A stretch of 63,764 nt of DNA, the filler included, from Guillardia theta CCMP2712 (lineage: Eukaryota > Protista > Cryptophyta), in the NCBI RefSeq assembly GCF_000315625.1. It is 6 parts of 6 records of this genome, joined end to end, with 100 filler letters (N's around TTAATTAATTAA, not from the genome) between each part and the next. Parts side by side here need not be neighbours in the genome. Positions count along the whole stretch, not along the records: positions 1 to 17,757 come from NW_005434339.1; positions 17,858 to 45,699 come from NW_005434535.1; 4 more parts are not named here. One strand, given 5' to 3'. A program made the translations under genes and the position numbers. Each line of letters starts with the position of its first letter. The first letter of the stretch is position 1. Shown piece after piece: positions 13,486-27,225 of this stretch. Below the pieces are notes generated by a model, which saw only the letters and a program-made list of their open reading frames with translations, searched no databases and had not been told where the DNA came from.

Positions 13486-16350
13486 AGTCTGTCATGTTGT
13501 CTGCAAGGTGGTCATCGTCTCTGTCCGTTCTCGTCCTCTCGTCTCGCTTCTTCCTCCTACCATCACCATCGCTCTCCCACTCGCTTCTACCTCACACTCC
13601 CAGGTTCCCGCCATCTCGCTACTCCTCTTTCCGTTCTGATGCGGGCCTGCTTTTAGCCATTTCCGTTCCGAAGTCGACGGTCAAGTTCCGACTGAGTTCC
13701 GGCGGCCGCCCGGCCCCGGGCCCCCAGCGGGCCGGCGGGGCCGCCCCGCCCGGGGCCCGGCGGGAACTCAGTTAGTTGTCACAACAGTAGTGTCAGAGCA
13801 GACAGGCTGATCGTGCATCGTACCATAGTACGGTCGGCCCGTCGTTTTCGGGGTGACGCAGTTCGACGGCCCGGGCCGGGACGGCGCGGGCCTCGGCGCC
13901 AGTCACTGAGTGACTCAGGGCTCCGGGGCCCCACTGAGCCCGGCCCGGCCGACAACCCCGGGCCCGGCAGTCGGACTCCGGGCCGCCTCAGCAGCCGGAG
14001 AGATTGGAACTTGAAACTCGTCAGGCGTAGTCCAAGTAGAAATCCACCCCCTCAATCCATATCCCTTGAACGGGTCATCTTCCATTGTACCAGCTACCCC
14101 ATAAATTGACTGCTATCGTACCGGTAGTGACCTCTACACCTTTCCCGGACCCCCTTCAACATACTCAATACCCATGTTTTCCAATGACCCCTACCCCCTG
14201 TAAAAATGATATACCCACCCACCATTCGGCCCCCAGTATCTTTCCTCCACCCTTCTTCAAAAAGTAAATCGGACCGCTTCAGTACCAACACCACTGAAGA
14301 CCAGGGGTGGTCATTTACCTACCCCATTCCATCGTCCAATTTACGATGGCAGGGTGGGTACGTACCTTTTTTGAAGCTTCAACGGACCCCCACCCCTCTT
14401 CATAGTTCACTATTTCATTACCAGTCGACCACCCCTTCATTCACTCTCCACCCACCCATACCTTTACCAAGACTTCTCGCTCTTTGTACCCCCCTCATTC
14501 CTCTTCTTCAAGTACCCCTCACCCTACCCTCGGGGTCTGCAGTGAAGCGTAGAGGTCTAAGGGGACCCTATTGGTCATACCTAGGTCATAGAAATTTGCC
14601 TATTTCCTAGAACCTTCTATGCTATGTTGAAGGGGGGTGCTACCAAGTACCCCATATTTTAGGAAGATAATCAAGGTGTTTCTAGGGGTAGGGGTGTTAA
14701 CCCCTTACCCCCATTTTCCGATCTGTTGCAAAGGGTAGAGGGATGCAGGGTGGAGTCTAAGCGGTGGGTACTTTGGCGGGGAAAAAATGGGGTGGAAAGG
14801 AAGTCTTGGGAGGGGGTAGTGTCCCTTATACCCTGTCAGAAGCGCGGTTATGGCAGGGAATGGGAGCGAAGGGGGAGAGATCAGGAAAGAGAAGAGTAGA
14901 GCAGGAGAAGAAACTTGTCAGAACGAACCTGAGATCAGTGATAGAGGAGGTGAGCAGTTAGAGGTGGGGTTGAAGCATGCAGGAGAGAAGAGGTGAGGTG
15001 ATCCAGAGCCTTTGTGGCGAGGAAGAATGAACGATGCTGCTGCGGTCAAGGGAGGAGAGGACGTGAGGGAGCAAAATATTACCATCGGAATGATATTGCA
15101 ACCATCTTTACAAAGAGGAGAACCGTCTGTCAATCGTGTGCATTGCAGGAGAGAAGCCCAGGTGACACAGGTTTCGTAAACATTCGTAACGTGCAAGGGT
15201 GTTGCCTGAATCACCTAGGGATCCTAAGGCCTTGTATTATAATGCGACATCTGAGGATGCAAACAGCAGGATGAAGTGTTTTCTGTTTCATTGTCAGCCA
15301 GATGAAGTCAGCGAGTGGTTAACTTGTGCTCTGTTGCAAGGAGGCAAAGTGGGTCCAAGCACATCAGTGGGTGCCTCGACGAGAGCAGGGGCAGGGGCAG
15401 GGGCAGGGGCAGGGGCAGGGGCAGGGGGAGGCATTTCAGTCTTGCCTGTCTTTTCCTCTTCATCTGGATTGGTTGTCTGACATGAGGATTTCAGTATCTC
15501 TCGACCAGTATGAGCTGTAGGATTCTTTGCGGAATCTACCTCAGGTTTCCTCCTCCTCCTCCTCCTTTTCCCTCCTCCTCCTTTTACCTCCTCCTCCTTT
15601 TACCTCCTCCTCCCTCCTCCTCCTCCTCCCTCCTCCTGCCCTACTTCTCCTCCTCCCTCCCCCCCCCTCCCCCTCCTCCTGCTTTCTTTGTCTCTCATCC
15701 TCTGATCGACTATCCAGCTCTGTGCTGTTCTCCGCCGGCTACGCAGCTCACATCGGACCACTCGGACGGATGGCAGCTGCTCCTCGTCACAACGTAATTC
15801 TCCCGCCATCATCAACTCCTCCTCTTCCTCTTCTCCTTCCCGTCTCCTCTTGCTCTTCCTCTTCCTCTTCCTCTTCCTCTTGCTCTTCCTCCTGCTCTTC
15901 TCCTTCCCGTCTCCTCTTGCTCTTCCTCCTGCTCTTCCTCTTACTCTCCTCCTTCCCGTCTCCTCTTGCTCTTCCTCTTGCTCTTCTCCTTCCCTTTTCC
16001 TATCCCTTCCCCTCGCGCCGTCATCCCTATTCCGACATGTCTTCATCCTTGTGCCATCCTCTCCCTCCACGTCCTCACGTCAGCTGCGCCAGCCCCTCTC
16101 ATCCGTCCTCCAGGCCAACGGTGGCGACCTGTCGCTCCGGCTTCGAGGAGGAGAAGCTGCATCCTCTGCAGGCAACCATCTCCTCCTGCTTTCTCCTCTC
16201 CTTCTCTTGCACTCCTCCTCCTCCTCATCCTCCTCCTCCTCCTCCTCCTTTCCTGCTCGCCTTCTCCTGACTAGCTAGCAGAAGGATCCTTGGCAGCGCA
16301 AAGCCAGACTGCTGGTCCGCTGTCCTCTGACGAAGCGTCCATTTCTTGAC

Positions 16351-17327
16351 ATGGATGCAGGCAAGGGCAGCAAGGTCTTGAAGAAGCCGGAGTACATGCC
16401 ATGGCACCAGGTCGTGCCCTGTCCTCTCCCCTCCCTTTGCTCGCCCTCCCCTTTCTCTTGTCTTAGTTCATGGTCCTTTCCTTGTGTTTCCTACTGCTAC
16501 TTCTCTCGCCTCTCCTTTTCTCTTCTCCCCTCTCCTCCGCTCCCCTCTCTTCTTCTCTCCTTTCCTCTCCTCATCGTGCTGCCCCTGCTCTCCTCTCTCT
16601 TTCCCTCTTCTCATTGCGAATGTTCAGATCCCCGACAACAACTGGAAGACGAAGGATGGTCATTCCCGCCTTCTGCTGCGTTTCCCAGCTCATGTCCGGC
16701 AGGCTGCGAGGTTATCAAGTGGGACCCCTACCTTGAGGGCTGCAAGGGCTCCTTGCAGTACAGGTGCGAGGAGGAGCAGGAGCAGGAGCAGGAACAGGAG
16801 GAGGAGGAGGAGGAGGAGGAGATAGATTTTGAAGGAGGGGACTGAGGAACAGGAGGAGGAGGAGGTTGATGTGAGGAGATTGGTGCGGGACTGAGGCGGA
16901 GGAGGAGGAGGACCTGGATGTTTAACGCTGCCCAGGTACGGGAGGTACAAGCAGAGGAAGGAGCATATCATCAACACTTTCGGTTCTCTGGAGAAATTCT
17001 CTGAAGGGTGAGGGACTGACGGCAGTACGATGATGGTGTTGGTGATGGCGTTGTTGATTTGATGTTTTTGATCATGATGATGATGATGGATATTTTGTCT
17101 CTGTTGTTGATGTATGTCACAGTTCATGATGGATATGGAGATGGTAGAGAAAATGATGATTGTGATGATGATGATGATGATGTCGTTTGTTTTCTTCGTA
17201 TTGCTTCTTCAAAGTGGATTATATTGGGTTTTTCACTCTGCCTCTTAGTTTTCATACGTATGGCGTTCATCGCAGCAAAGACCCGAACCGCCCAGGTGAA
17301 CACCACCACCACTACAACGACAACAAG

Positions 17328-17358
<31 letters not shown>

Positions 17359-17757
17359 CTATCATCATTGTTACTGTTCTCCTCCTTCATCTTCTCCACC
17401 TTCTCATTCGCTGACTTTGCTGCCCTGATTGCACTTGATGTTCTTTCTGATATCGTCTCACACATCTTGTTTGAAACTCTTCATCTTTCGCTCATGCTCA
17501 CTTTACTTCTCTTTCCCACAGGCATCATCGCTACTGAATGGGCACCTGGCGCCAAGTACTTGGTGTGCCACATGCAGTGCGAGTGATGGGAAGCAGGAAG
17601 GAAATGCAGAGGGACGGAAGTGGAAGTGAAAGGACGTGGAGGAAGAGAGGGAGGAAGAGGAGACGGGAGGAGGACGAGGAGGAGGAGGAGGAGGGAGCAG
17701 CAGCAGCAGGACGAGATGAAGACATTGACGGTAATTTTCAGGCACTGATGGGAGATT
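16351..17757 (+). CDS. 1,4-alpha-glucan (starch/glycogen) branching enzyme, N-terminal part, cut by an assembly linker
   Basis: Spliced reading DG|CEVIKWDPYLEGCKGSLQYR|YGRYKQRKEHIINTFGSLEKFSEG|FHTYGVHRSKDPNRP|GIIATEWAPGAKYL|ALMGD matches the GH13 branching enzyme N-terminus/CBM48 (DPyL....l.yRy...gsLe.Fs.Gy..fG...EWAPgA....l.GDF). Confidence 0.85.
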
Positions 17758-17801
17758 NNNNNNNNNNNNNNNNNNNNNNNNNNNNNNNNNNNNNNNNNNN
17801 N

Positions 17802-17813
17802 TTAATTAATTAA
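17802..17813. other. Artificial contig linker TTAATTAATTAA inside N44..N44 (also at 45744-45755, 50316-50327, 57050-57061, 62349-62360)
   Basis: Identical 12-mer with stops in all six frames, centred in 100-nt N blocks five times. Confidence 0.95.
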
Positions 17814-18119
17814 NNNNNNNNNNNNNNNNNNNNNNNNNNNNNNNNNNNNNNNNNNNNACATGCCTCGTATCCTTCTGCCTTGCTGTCGCTTCTTTCAAAC
17901 TCTCAACCTTTTCCAGAGTACCGACGCGCGTCAAATTCGGTTTCCTGGAGGATGGGACCAAAGTAACCTTCATTCTTTCGTATCCTCCTCCTCCTCCTCC
18001 TCCTCCTCCCCCTTCCCTTCCTTTACCCCCTCGTTCTCTTCCTCCTCATCTTCATCTCCCCCTCCTTTCCTCCTGTCCTGCTCTGCTCCTTTCTTGCCTC
18101 TCCTCATCTTCTGCAGGTA

Positions 18120-19900
18120 AGAATCGCCAAGAAGAGTGGTGCCATCATCCCCAAGCCTCCCGAGTCTCAGCGCCGCATGTATCCACGACCAGACGGTGAG
18201 AAGAGAGAAGGAGAGGGGGGATCGAGAGAGGGAGGGGAAGATGGCGCACAGTAGGTGCTGGTGCTGGTGCTGGTGCTGGTGCTGGTGCTGCTGGTGGTGG
18301 CGGATCAGCAGCAGCAGCAGCAAGGATGGATTGATCTCATATGGGACTGCAGGAGGAGATAAGGACACCCCGCCAGATGTTGCTATTAAGAAGACCGTTT
18401 CAGAGAGGGTCACCTTCCCCTCCTGCTCCTCGTCCATTGCTCTTGCGGCCTTCCTCACCCTCTTCCTCACCCCCTTCCTCGCTCCTTCTCGTCGTCGTCG
18501 TCTCCCCTTCCTCAGCTTCTTCCTCCTCTTCCTCCTCCTGCTTGCTACTACTCTTGTGCTTGTTGACATGAGCTGCAGGATGAACTCATGCATGAAGCCA
18601 TGAAGAAGCTCACTATCCTGGTTACCCTTTCTCCTCTGCTCCCGCTCCCCATCTCCCTGCACCTCACCTCTCTTCCCCTGCCGTCCTCCTCTCCCGCTCC
18701 TCTCCTCGCTCCCCTTGCTCAGGGGCCCTCCTTCCGTCTCCTCTCTTCACTTTCCCCTGTCATCCTCCTCCTGAGTTGCTCCCGCAGGGTCCCAAATGCG
18801 ATTTCTTGCGTGAGATCGCGCAGATCGACCAAGAGCAGAAGGCTGCGTGGTTGCAGGAGAAGCAGCGGTGAGGCGAGAGGGTGGAGGATCGAACTGACGC
18901 GCTTGCCGCAGCCGTATGGCCGAGAGGGCCCAGAAGATGAAGCAGTGAGAGCTGCAGGCGGAGCAAGGCAGGGAGCTGAGAAGTGAAAGAAGCAAGGAGA
19001 CTGAGGAGGAAAGAAGGAGGAGAAGGGAGACCTAGGGAGAGGACGATGGGCTGTTATTGATACTGGTTGTATGCCGATAAGTTCGTTCTCCCGGTCCCAT
19101 TGGCACAAGAGAAGAGCCGGAGGAACGGGAGACTGGTTTAGAACCCCAGGACTCCTCCTCATCCTCGTTCTCCACTTCTCCCTCCTTTTTTCATCTTCAC
19201 ATCTCTGTTGTACACATCTGAGCTTACAAGTTTGGATGGGGTCCCTTGGCTCCTGCCCACATGCCTTCCTTGCCGTGCCCCAGCATGAACTTCTCAGGGG
19301 TTGCGTACCCGAGCTCCTGCGGGAGCGTCACCAGGAACCCGCGCGGGCGAGAGGGGTAAAGAGCAATTAGCAAGTGGAGGACGAGGGAAAGGAAAAGAAG
19401 AGAGTGGATGGCAGTTAACGTTCGAAGAGCACGACAAGGAGCAGGAAAGTAGCGGACAAGGTTAGGGGAAGATTTGGGGTGGAGGTGGGGGGAGGGGGGG
19501 AGAGGAAGAGCAGGGGCACGAACGCAGAGGATCTAAGACTGAGAAGGGTTGACGTACCTTGGAGGTCATGGGAATGACCCTGTCCCTTTCAGAGGAGCCG
19601 TACTGTATAGAGGATCAGAGAGGCAGGAGGATGACGCGACAGCCGATGTAGGAGCAGGAGCAGAACGAGGAAAAATGAAGAAAGGGAAGTATCAGTGGGA
19701 GAAGCGAGAGACGAGAAAGGAGGAAGGATAAATGAGAAAAGAGGAGAAAATCGTAGAAAGACAGCGATAAGCAAGGAGGAAGAAGAGTACCTTGATGGCG
19801 CACTGGTTGTCATGGTGGGTGTTGAGCCCTCCCCCAGCGTAGCTGATACCCTTCCAGTGGGATGGCTCAAAGAAGCAGAGGGCCTCGAACATGCTGACTA
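18120..19900 (-). CDS. Multi-exon hypothetical protein
   Basis: Exon-like pieces bounded by AG/GT, e.g. MFEALCFFEPSHWKGISYAGGGLNTHHDNQCAIK and ELGYATPEKFMLGHGKEGMWAG; no family recognised. Confidence 0.35.
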
Positions 19901-20458
19901 GAAGAAAAGAGAGAGAGAAGAGTCAACACGAGATCACTCTTTCGTTTAGAAGGAGCAAAACTCAAGCTTTCTTCACTAGCATACCACTTTCCTCCATTTT
20001 CTCCTCCTAAATTCTTTCCGTCACGTCGTACTCCTCGCCCTCCACCTCTCCTCCACCTCTCTCACTCGATCTCAACTCACAGTCCTGCGGCTTCTTCAGC
20101 TTAAGATTCACTTCACGCTAGCTATTTCGTGGGATGAGCCCTCAACTACGCTGAAGTCTTCCGTTCAACAGCACATATCTGCGTCTTCCTCAATCTCCCA
20201 GCTGTTCCTTCTCTTTTCTCCTCCTGCCCATTCTGTGCCTGTCGGGCTGTAGCGCCTAAGTCTGCTGTCTTCTCACACAGGCTCATGACCGCATCTTCAA
20301 GTCATCATCCGAGTCAATCTGCCAGGCTGCAGGAAGTGCATTCCTCACAATCATGTCATGTCGGACGGTCATGTCATGTCATGTCATCATTGTGTCATGT
20401 CGTCTTTCATCCCCCTCGGCTGCTCCCGAAATAGCGAACAACAGAAGTTGACTCAGTA

Positions 20459-21437
20459 GGGGGCTTATGGGCGCCACAGACCTTAGACCTTAGGATTAGC
20501 TGTCCTTGTCGTTACACGGCGGTTTTAACCTTAGTCTGATTTTGAGACGTTGTGATATAGGAAGAAAGCGATCAAGTTTCCTTCTAAAATCAGTCAATAA
20601 TTTGTACCATGACCTTAACTTTTAGAGTTTTATTCTCTTTTTAATTCATTTTTGGAAGTGTTGGATTAGCAGTGAAACTGAAATGCTTGCGCAGAACGAG
20701 CGCTTGCAAGGTGTGTGAGATGTTAGCTTATGCTGTTGTAGTTGATGTTGCAAGCAAGTACATGCAGGATGAAGAACAGCTCTATGCACACGAGGTGTTG
20801 CATGGTCCAATTACATTACTCATGTTCTAATTACAATGAACACAGGAACAAAGTTAAGATGCACATTAAACCATCACATGTACTGGATATATGTTGCTAA
20901 ACTTCAGAGCAACGATGTCCACACACCTCAGCTCAACTCGCTTTTACTCAGATCCGTTATGAGGGTGTCAGACACGGTTCTTTTACGAATCCAGGATGAA
21001 TAGGAAGCTTGCCTTGCTGAACTCCATGAGAAGGCGGTATCCATTTGTGTTGCTAAATCTTGTCAATCATGCGTCGAGGCGAAGCCAATGATTGATTGAT
21101 TGATTGCCATTATACAAGTTTACCTCATGAAAACCGTTCATCATAGGANNNNNNNNNNNNNNNNNNNNNNNNNNNNNNNNNNNNNNNNNNNNNNNNNNNN
21201 NNNNNNNNNNNNNNNNNNNNNNNNNNNNNNNNNNNNNNNNNNNNNNNNGCGCGGGGGGAAGGGAGAACCTTGAACTCGCAACGGTTGGTAAGCCAAAGGT
21301 TATGGTTGTCCAGGGGATTAGCTACTAATTGCTAATCCCCTGGGCGACCTTAGCAGGGGATTAGCCCTCCCTTTGACTAAAACATTTGTACCAGGAGCTA
21401 ATCCTAAGGTCTAATCCCCTGGCGCCCATAAGCCCCC
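20459..21437. mobile_element. Non-autonomous TIR DNA transposon spanning an N gap, TA target duplication
   Basis: TA|GGGGGCTTATGGGCGCCA (20459-20476) and TGGCGCCCATAAGCCCCC|TA (21420-21437). A second inverted block is TTAGACCTTAGGATTAGCT / AGCTAATCCTAAGGTCTAA, with subterminal GGGGATTAGC repeats. Confidence 0.8.
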
Positions 21438-22700
21438 TAGTGACTGAACTGAGGCAGTTTGACACTGGGCCGGGGGGGGCCGGCGGCCCCGGGCCCGGGC
21501 TGCTCAGTCCCCCGCCGCCGGACTCGGGAGCCTGAGCGCGGCGGCGGCGGGCCGGCTCCCGTCGGACCGCCGCCGGGTCGAATCGTGACCGTGATCACGC
21601 GCGGCCGGACCATCGTCCGGCGAGTCGGACGGTCGGCGGTCCGCTGGCAGGGTCACCGCCGTCGCTCCGGGAGTCCGACAGCGCCGGATGGGCCCGGCCC
21701 CGGCACGGCGTCGGCCGGTCGGACGTCAGTGTAACTTGTCTTCTCGGGTGCGCGTGCGACTTTGGGGTGGTAGAAAAGGGGTGGGGGTGATGTAGAAGGG
21801 GTAGTGAATGGTAAAGTACCCCTGGCACATTAAATGTTTTAGAAAGATGGGGTCTAATCAAGGTAAATTGGAGGGGTTATCTGAACTTCAATAGGGTTAC
21901 AGTACCAAGGGGTAGGGTGCAGGCAAAAAAGGGCAATGTTTAGTTTCTCGTGGGCATGTTCCATGGATGGCGGGAGAAGGAGCAGTGGACGAGGAGGGAG
22001 AGGGGGGAGAGGAGGGAGAGGAGGAGAGCTGTAGTGAAGTGAGCAGAATGAGGATGAGATGAAGAAGACGGTCAGGGAGGCAGAGAGGTAGGAGATGGTC
22101 CAGTGAATAGGATATGATGGCCTGTAGTGGACTGGTTGCGGACTGGTTGAGATGGTGGGTTGGGAATAACACAGGGAAGAATGGTCGATTTTACAGGAGA
22201 AGACGTAGGGAAAAGGGTAAGATGAATCAGGGGAGTGGTTACGGTAGGAAGATCAGCGGCGGCGGCGGCGGCAGCAACAGCAGCAGCACATATAAGAATC
22301 GATGTGACAATGTCCTGTTGTTTGCAGTGTGGTTCGAGGGAATGACCCGTGAAGGGGTTGCCGTGTTTATGATCGAGTGATGTACAGCAAGAGTGCGTGT
22401 GAAGTTATGGTCTAGAAGTCAGGATGACCTTTGAAGGTAACAGCGTGATGGACATGCGAGCTTCTCAACTCGAGGCAGAAGTAGATGAGGGGGGAGTGGA
22501 AGAGAGGGCAACATAGAAGTCACTTGGACGTTTCTGCTAGTGCAACCTGTGTGGATATATTTGCTATGGTTTCCGGTGGAGTTTCTTCATACGAATGCGC
22601 CTCTATTGATCACTGTGATCTGACGAATTGCCTTCAGCCCTCGGCGCGATCGCAAACAGGAAAGGGCGACAGCAGGCTGTGAGACAAGAACTTCTTCACC

Positions 22701-23592
22701 ATGTCGGCTTCAGCGCAAAGAATCGCAGCCATCGAGGAGGAGCTGGCGAGGACTCAGAAGAACAAGGCGACCATGTCGCACATCTGTATGCTCAAGGCGC
22801 AGCTCGCGCAGCTCAGGAGGCAGGAGATCGAGAGCCAGATGAAAGCGGCAGGAGGAGGAGGAGACGGGTGGGACGTGAAGGCAACAGGAGACGCGCGAGT
22901 GGGTCTGATCGGCTTCCCCTCTGTCGGCAAGTCGACGCTGCTGACGAAGATGACGGGGACGCACTCGGAGTCTGCTGCCTACGAGTTCACGACCCTGACC
23001 TGTATCCCTGGCATCATCAGGTACAAGGGAGCTAAGATCCAGCTGCTGGATCTCCCGGGTATCATCGAGGGGGCCAAGGACGGCAAGGGAAGGGGCAAGC
23101 GAGTGATCGGCACGGCGAGAACGTGCTCTCTGATCCTTATGGTCCTGGATGCCAGCAAGCCCGTGACCCACAAGAAGCTGATCGAGAAGGAGCTGCACGG
23201 CTTCGGTATCCGACTGAACCAGTCGAAGCCCAACGTCTACTTCAAGAGGCATGACAAGGGAGGCATCCAGCTCCACGTCCAGCTCCCCCACGCCCCCACC
23301 TACATCACCCCGCAGATCCTCAAGTCTGTCCTGCAGGAGTACAAGATCCACCACGCGGAGGTCGCTGTCTCCTCCTCCTCCTCCTCCTCCTCCTCTCCCT
23401 GATGCTGCTGCTCCCTCAGTTGCTGTCTCTCCCACCCTCCTTGCCAGCTCTCTCCTTCCATCGTGGCCTCTACTGGCTGGACTGACATATCTCTCCTTGC
23501 TCTCAGATCACCTTGCGTGAGGACTGTACTGTAGACGAGCTGATTGACATCATCGAGAGTACCGACAAGATCGGGATGATGCGAGTTTACAT
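22701..23592 (+). CDS. DRG1: Developmentally regulated GTP-binding protein 1 (DRG/OBG family); 3' end lost in gap
   Basis: [64 protein letters not shown] and [10 protein letters not shown] (DRG1-type). Second exon [17 protein letters not shown] at about 23508. Confidence 0.92.
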
Positions 23593-25680
23593 GTACGCTG
23601 CTCCACTCGTTAATTCCCCTCCTCGCCTCCTCCCCTTCCTCTCCTTCTCTCCTTGCTTTCGTTTCCTCCTCCATCTCTTTCCTCGATAGTCACTTCCAGT
23701 ATTCATTGCAATCATACCTCGTACCTCCTCCTAATCCTTCCATCCTCCCTCCCTNNNNNNNNNNNNNNNNNNNNNNNNNNNNNNNNNNNNNNNNNNNNNN
23801 NNNNNNNNNNNNNNNNNNNNNNNNNNNNNNNNNNNNNNNNNNNNNNNNNNNNNNNNNNNNNNNNNNNNNNNNNNNNNNNNNNNNNNNNNNNNNNNNNNNN
23901 NNNNNNNNNNNNNNNNNNNNNNNNNNNNNNNNNNNNNNNNNNNNNNNNNNNNNNNNNNNNNNNNNNNNNNNNNNNNNNNNNNNNNNNNNNNNNNNNNNNN
24001 NNNNNNNNNNNNNNNNNNNNNNNNNNNNNNNNNNNNNNNNNNNNNNNNNNNNNNNNNNNNNNNNNNNNNNNNNNNNNNNNNNNNNNNNNNNNNNNNNNNN
24101 NNNNNNNNNNNNNNNNNNNNNNNNNNNNNNNNNNNNNNNNNNNNNNNNNNNNNNNNNNNNNNNNNNNNNNNNNNNNNNNNNNNNNNNNNNNNNNNNNNNN
24201 NNNNNNNNNNNNNNNNNNNNNNNNNNNNNNNNNNNNNNNNNNNNNNNNNNNNNNNNNNNNNNNNNNNNNNNNNNNNNNNNNNNNNNNNNNNNNNNNNNNN
24301 NNNNNNNNNNNNNNNNNNNNNNNNNNNNNNNNNNNNNNNNNNNNNNNNNNNNNNNNNNNNNNNNNNNNNNNNNNNNNNNNNNNNNNNNNNNNNNNNNNNN
24401 NNNNNNNNNNNNNNNNNNNNNNNNNNNNNNNNNNNNNNNNNNNNNNNNNNNNNNNNNNNNNNNNNNNNNNNNNNNNNNNNNGCGGGGGTGACTGGGGTTA
24501 AGGTTTGCCGTGCCCTTCCTCTGTGCGGTCACTGGGAGTTGAGTGAAGGCTTGAAAAGATGAACCGATTCTCGATTGGAGGGGTGGGGTGATGGTGGAGC
24601 TTCTGAACACCCGGAAGATAACCTATGTTTTGAGTGAAATGGATGGGTGGGTGGTATAAAATGACGGGTACCAAGAAAGTGGAGGGGGTGGGGTATAAAT
24701 TACCTTACGGGGGGTAGCCCAGAAGGAACCTGATTCACTAAGCACCCTACCCTCTGAAATCCGAAACAATGTGCTGCTTTAGACCGGTACTCTAATTCCG
24801 CCATATAATATCTTTTAATAGTTTTATATCCTGGATAAATAGATGCATCAAAATAAATTGAAATAAAGTCTTTTCATACCATGACATGGTGGTATCTCAT
24901 TGAAATGCTCTAGTTTTGCCTTTGATTCATTCCAAGAAGACTTTTAAAAAGGGAGGGGTTCCATGACCAAAAAGTATTTTTGAAACAACTCCGTTGCATA
25001 GATAGCCTCCAAGAAATTACTATAACAATTCTAAACTGCCCCTTAAAACATTGTTGCAGAGTGGAGGGTACACCGTGATGCGACTCACCGTCACACCGGG
25101 GTCACCCACCCTACCGGACAAAATATCCCCTATCACTGATACTTCCATGGGGTATGACGAAACAAAATCCTCTCCAAGGGGGGTGGGGGGTTAGACTCAT
25201 GGCCGCCTCCTTTTTAAAAAATGTGGTTTTATAGTTCCTCCTCTTGCTGACTCACAGAAACAATGCTTTGACCAAATGATGCTTTTTCGATCTACAACCC
25301 CTCTTCTATTCCCCTCCTTTTTCCCTCGTAAATGACCCCACCCTTGAATCTCCCCCTTCCAACTTGCGTCCACCCTTCGTTCCCCTCTCATCAACCCACG
25401 CCCCTCTCCCGTTCTTGGTCCCTGTTCCAACCTGCCTTCTCCTCCCTCTCCTCTTCCTTGGCTACTGCCTGGCATCACCAAACAGTTCTCATATCCCTCG
25501 AGCATGATGCGCTATCAGGAAGCTCTTCGAGCCACCGCCCTTTGGGTGCTTGGGCTGTTAAACGCTACTCCTCCGATCTTTGCCGAGGAATCTCATCCCA
25601 GGTGCGATAGCCTCCTGTTTAATGCATAGCGCATCGTTTGTCTTACCTTTTTGCAGTTTGCTTGCGCGAATGGATCCAGT

Positions 25681-25968
25681 ATGAGCCTCGATGCTGAGAG
25701 CACGGCTGACTGGCAGGCCCCGCAATGGGCAAAGCGCTATGAGAAGTTCTCGAATAAGTATATATTCCTCAACTCCATCGGAGAGAACGTCGTTGAGCAC
25801 GAAAATGACCTGAATTTTATCCGTCCTCTCTCCCCGGGTACATGGGCAGATGTCTTTCAGAGACGGAGGAGGAGGTTCACAAAAGATCCAGGAACACGAA
25901 TGGAACCTTTGACTATTCCCGCCAGTCAGATCTGCCTGTCTGAGGCATTGACATCCACGTGTGTATGA
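25681..25968 (+). CDS. Small hypothetical protein, probably spliced
   Basis: Coding-like ORF MSLDAESTADWQAPQWAKRYEKF...; no domain recognised. Confidence 0.35.
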   Translation: MSLDAESTADWQAPQWAKRYEKFSNKYIFLNSIGENVVEHENDLNFIRPLSPGTWADVFQRRRRRFTKDPGTRMEPLTIPASQICLSEALTSTCV

Positions 25969-27191
25969 GACGGCTACATTTAAATATTGCAGATGTTGTC
26001 TCGTAATGAGGAGTGAAGAGCTCCTCACAATGTTGGTGCGAGGCATTTCCCATATTGGACCATGTAATGCAGTTTGCTTGTATTATCATAGTGTATTTTA
26101 ATCTTGTATCATAGCTGAACATATTGTAAAAGAATGATGATAGCATTGTATACTGTTTTGCGTAGGAGTTAACTTGCAATCGCACAAAACTCCAAACCGT
26201 CAGCGACTAGCACTCAGGACTCAGAGCCGACCTTCTGAGCCTAGCCTGTAGCCTGAGAGCGGCTTGACCCTGACCCTGAACTTCGCGTCGGACACTCAGT
26301 AACTGTCGCACAGGCCATACCATACGGCGAAAAGAGACGGACGGCGGGCGCCGCGCCGCCGGGAGTCACGGGCGTCCCGGCGGCCGGCGGGCGGCCCTCC
26401 GACTCCGAGCCTCGCGGCCCGGGCGGGCCGCCGCCGAGCCACGGTGCCGCAGTGACATCCCAGCTCAGCGGCTGGCGACGGGGCCGTGGGTCGGGCCGGC
26501 GGTTCACTTCACCGTGTGACTGCGAGCCTGAGCTGAGGAGAATTCCCGGCTCGGAACTTGACTCGGTGACTTCGGAACTTTTCCTGGCGGCGCGGCGGCG
26601 CCGGGCGGGCGACCGTCAGCCGGGCCGGCCGGGCCCCCGGGGTCGCCGCGCCCGCCGCGCCCGGCCGCCCGGCCGGGCGCCATGCCATGCCACATGATGC
26701 CCGCCCGCCGCGCGCGGCCGCGCCGCCGAACCGTGCCGCCCGGCGCCGCGTCCGATACGGTCGCCGCCGGACTCCGGATGTGCGGAGTGCGCCGCAGCTC
26801 ACGGTCGTCACCGTCGTCGTGGCACGGCGCCCGGGTGGCCGCCGCGGCCGCGCCCGGCGCGTACCGTACCGGACGGTGAGTCCGTTTACGGGAGTCATGT
26901 CCGTTTACCGTCACCCGTGTCCGTCCGAACGTCAAGTCACTAACTCAGTGTCACCGTCACGGTCAAAGCCGGCGGCCGTCTGCCAAGTTGGACCGTCCGA
27001 CACTCCGGCGGACTCCGAGGCTCGGCCCATAGCGGGGCAGTGACTGATTTGGCAGTGACAGCATGGCATGGCCGCGCAACCGCACGCGGCATTTTTCATT
27101 CATTCCGGCTGGCGCTGAGTGACTCAGTGACCCGGCGTCAGTCACGGCCACGGTGACGGACCGGACGGTCACCCCGGGTTGAACTTCGGAA

Positions 27192-27225
27192 CTCGTACTG
27201 ATTTTTAACTTAACTTTGAGTAAAG
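27192..27225 (+). repeat. Dispersed motif CTCGTACTGATTTTTAACTTAACTTTGAGTAAA (candidate retroelement 3' end); other copies at 3303, 33023, 33223, 37540, 38773 and reverse at 42365-42406
   Basis: Seven full or partial copies seen directly, nearly all ending at GAGTAAA and variably truncated on the 5' side. Confidence 0.85.

Noticed and set aside
23653-24610. Long ORFs spanning N runs
   Set aside because: Artefacts of untranslatable gaps.
27192-27225. Recurrent motif as a spliced-leader relic
   Set aside because: Copies are not positioned at gene 5' ends and I cannot verify a leader sequence; a retroelement end fits better.
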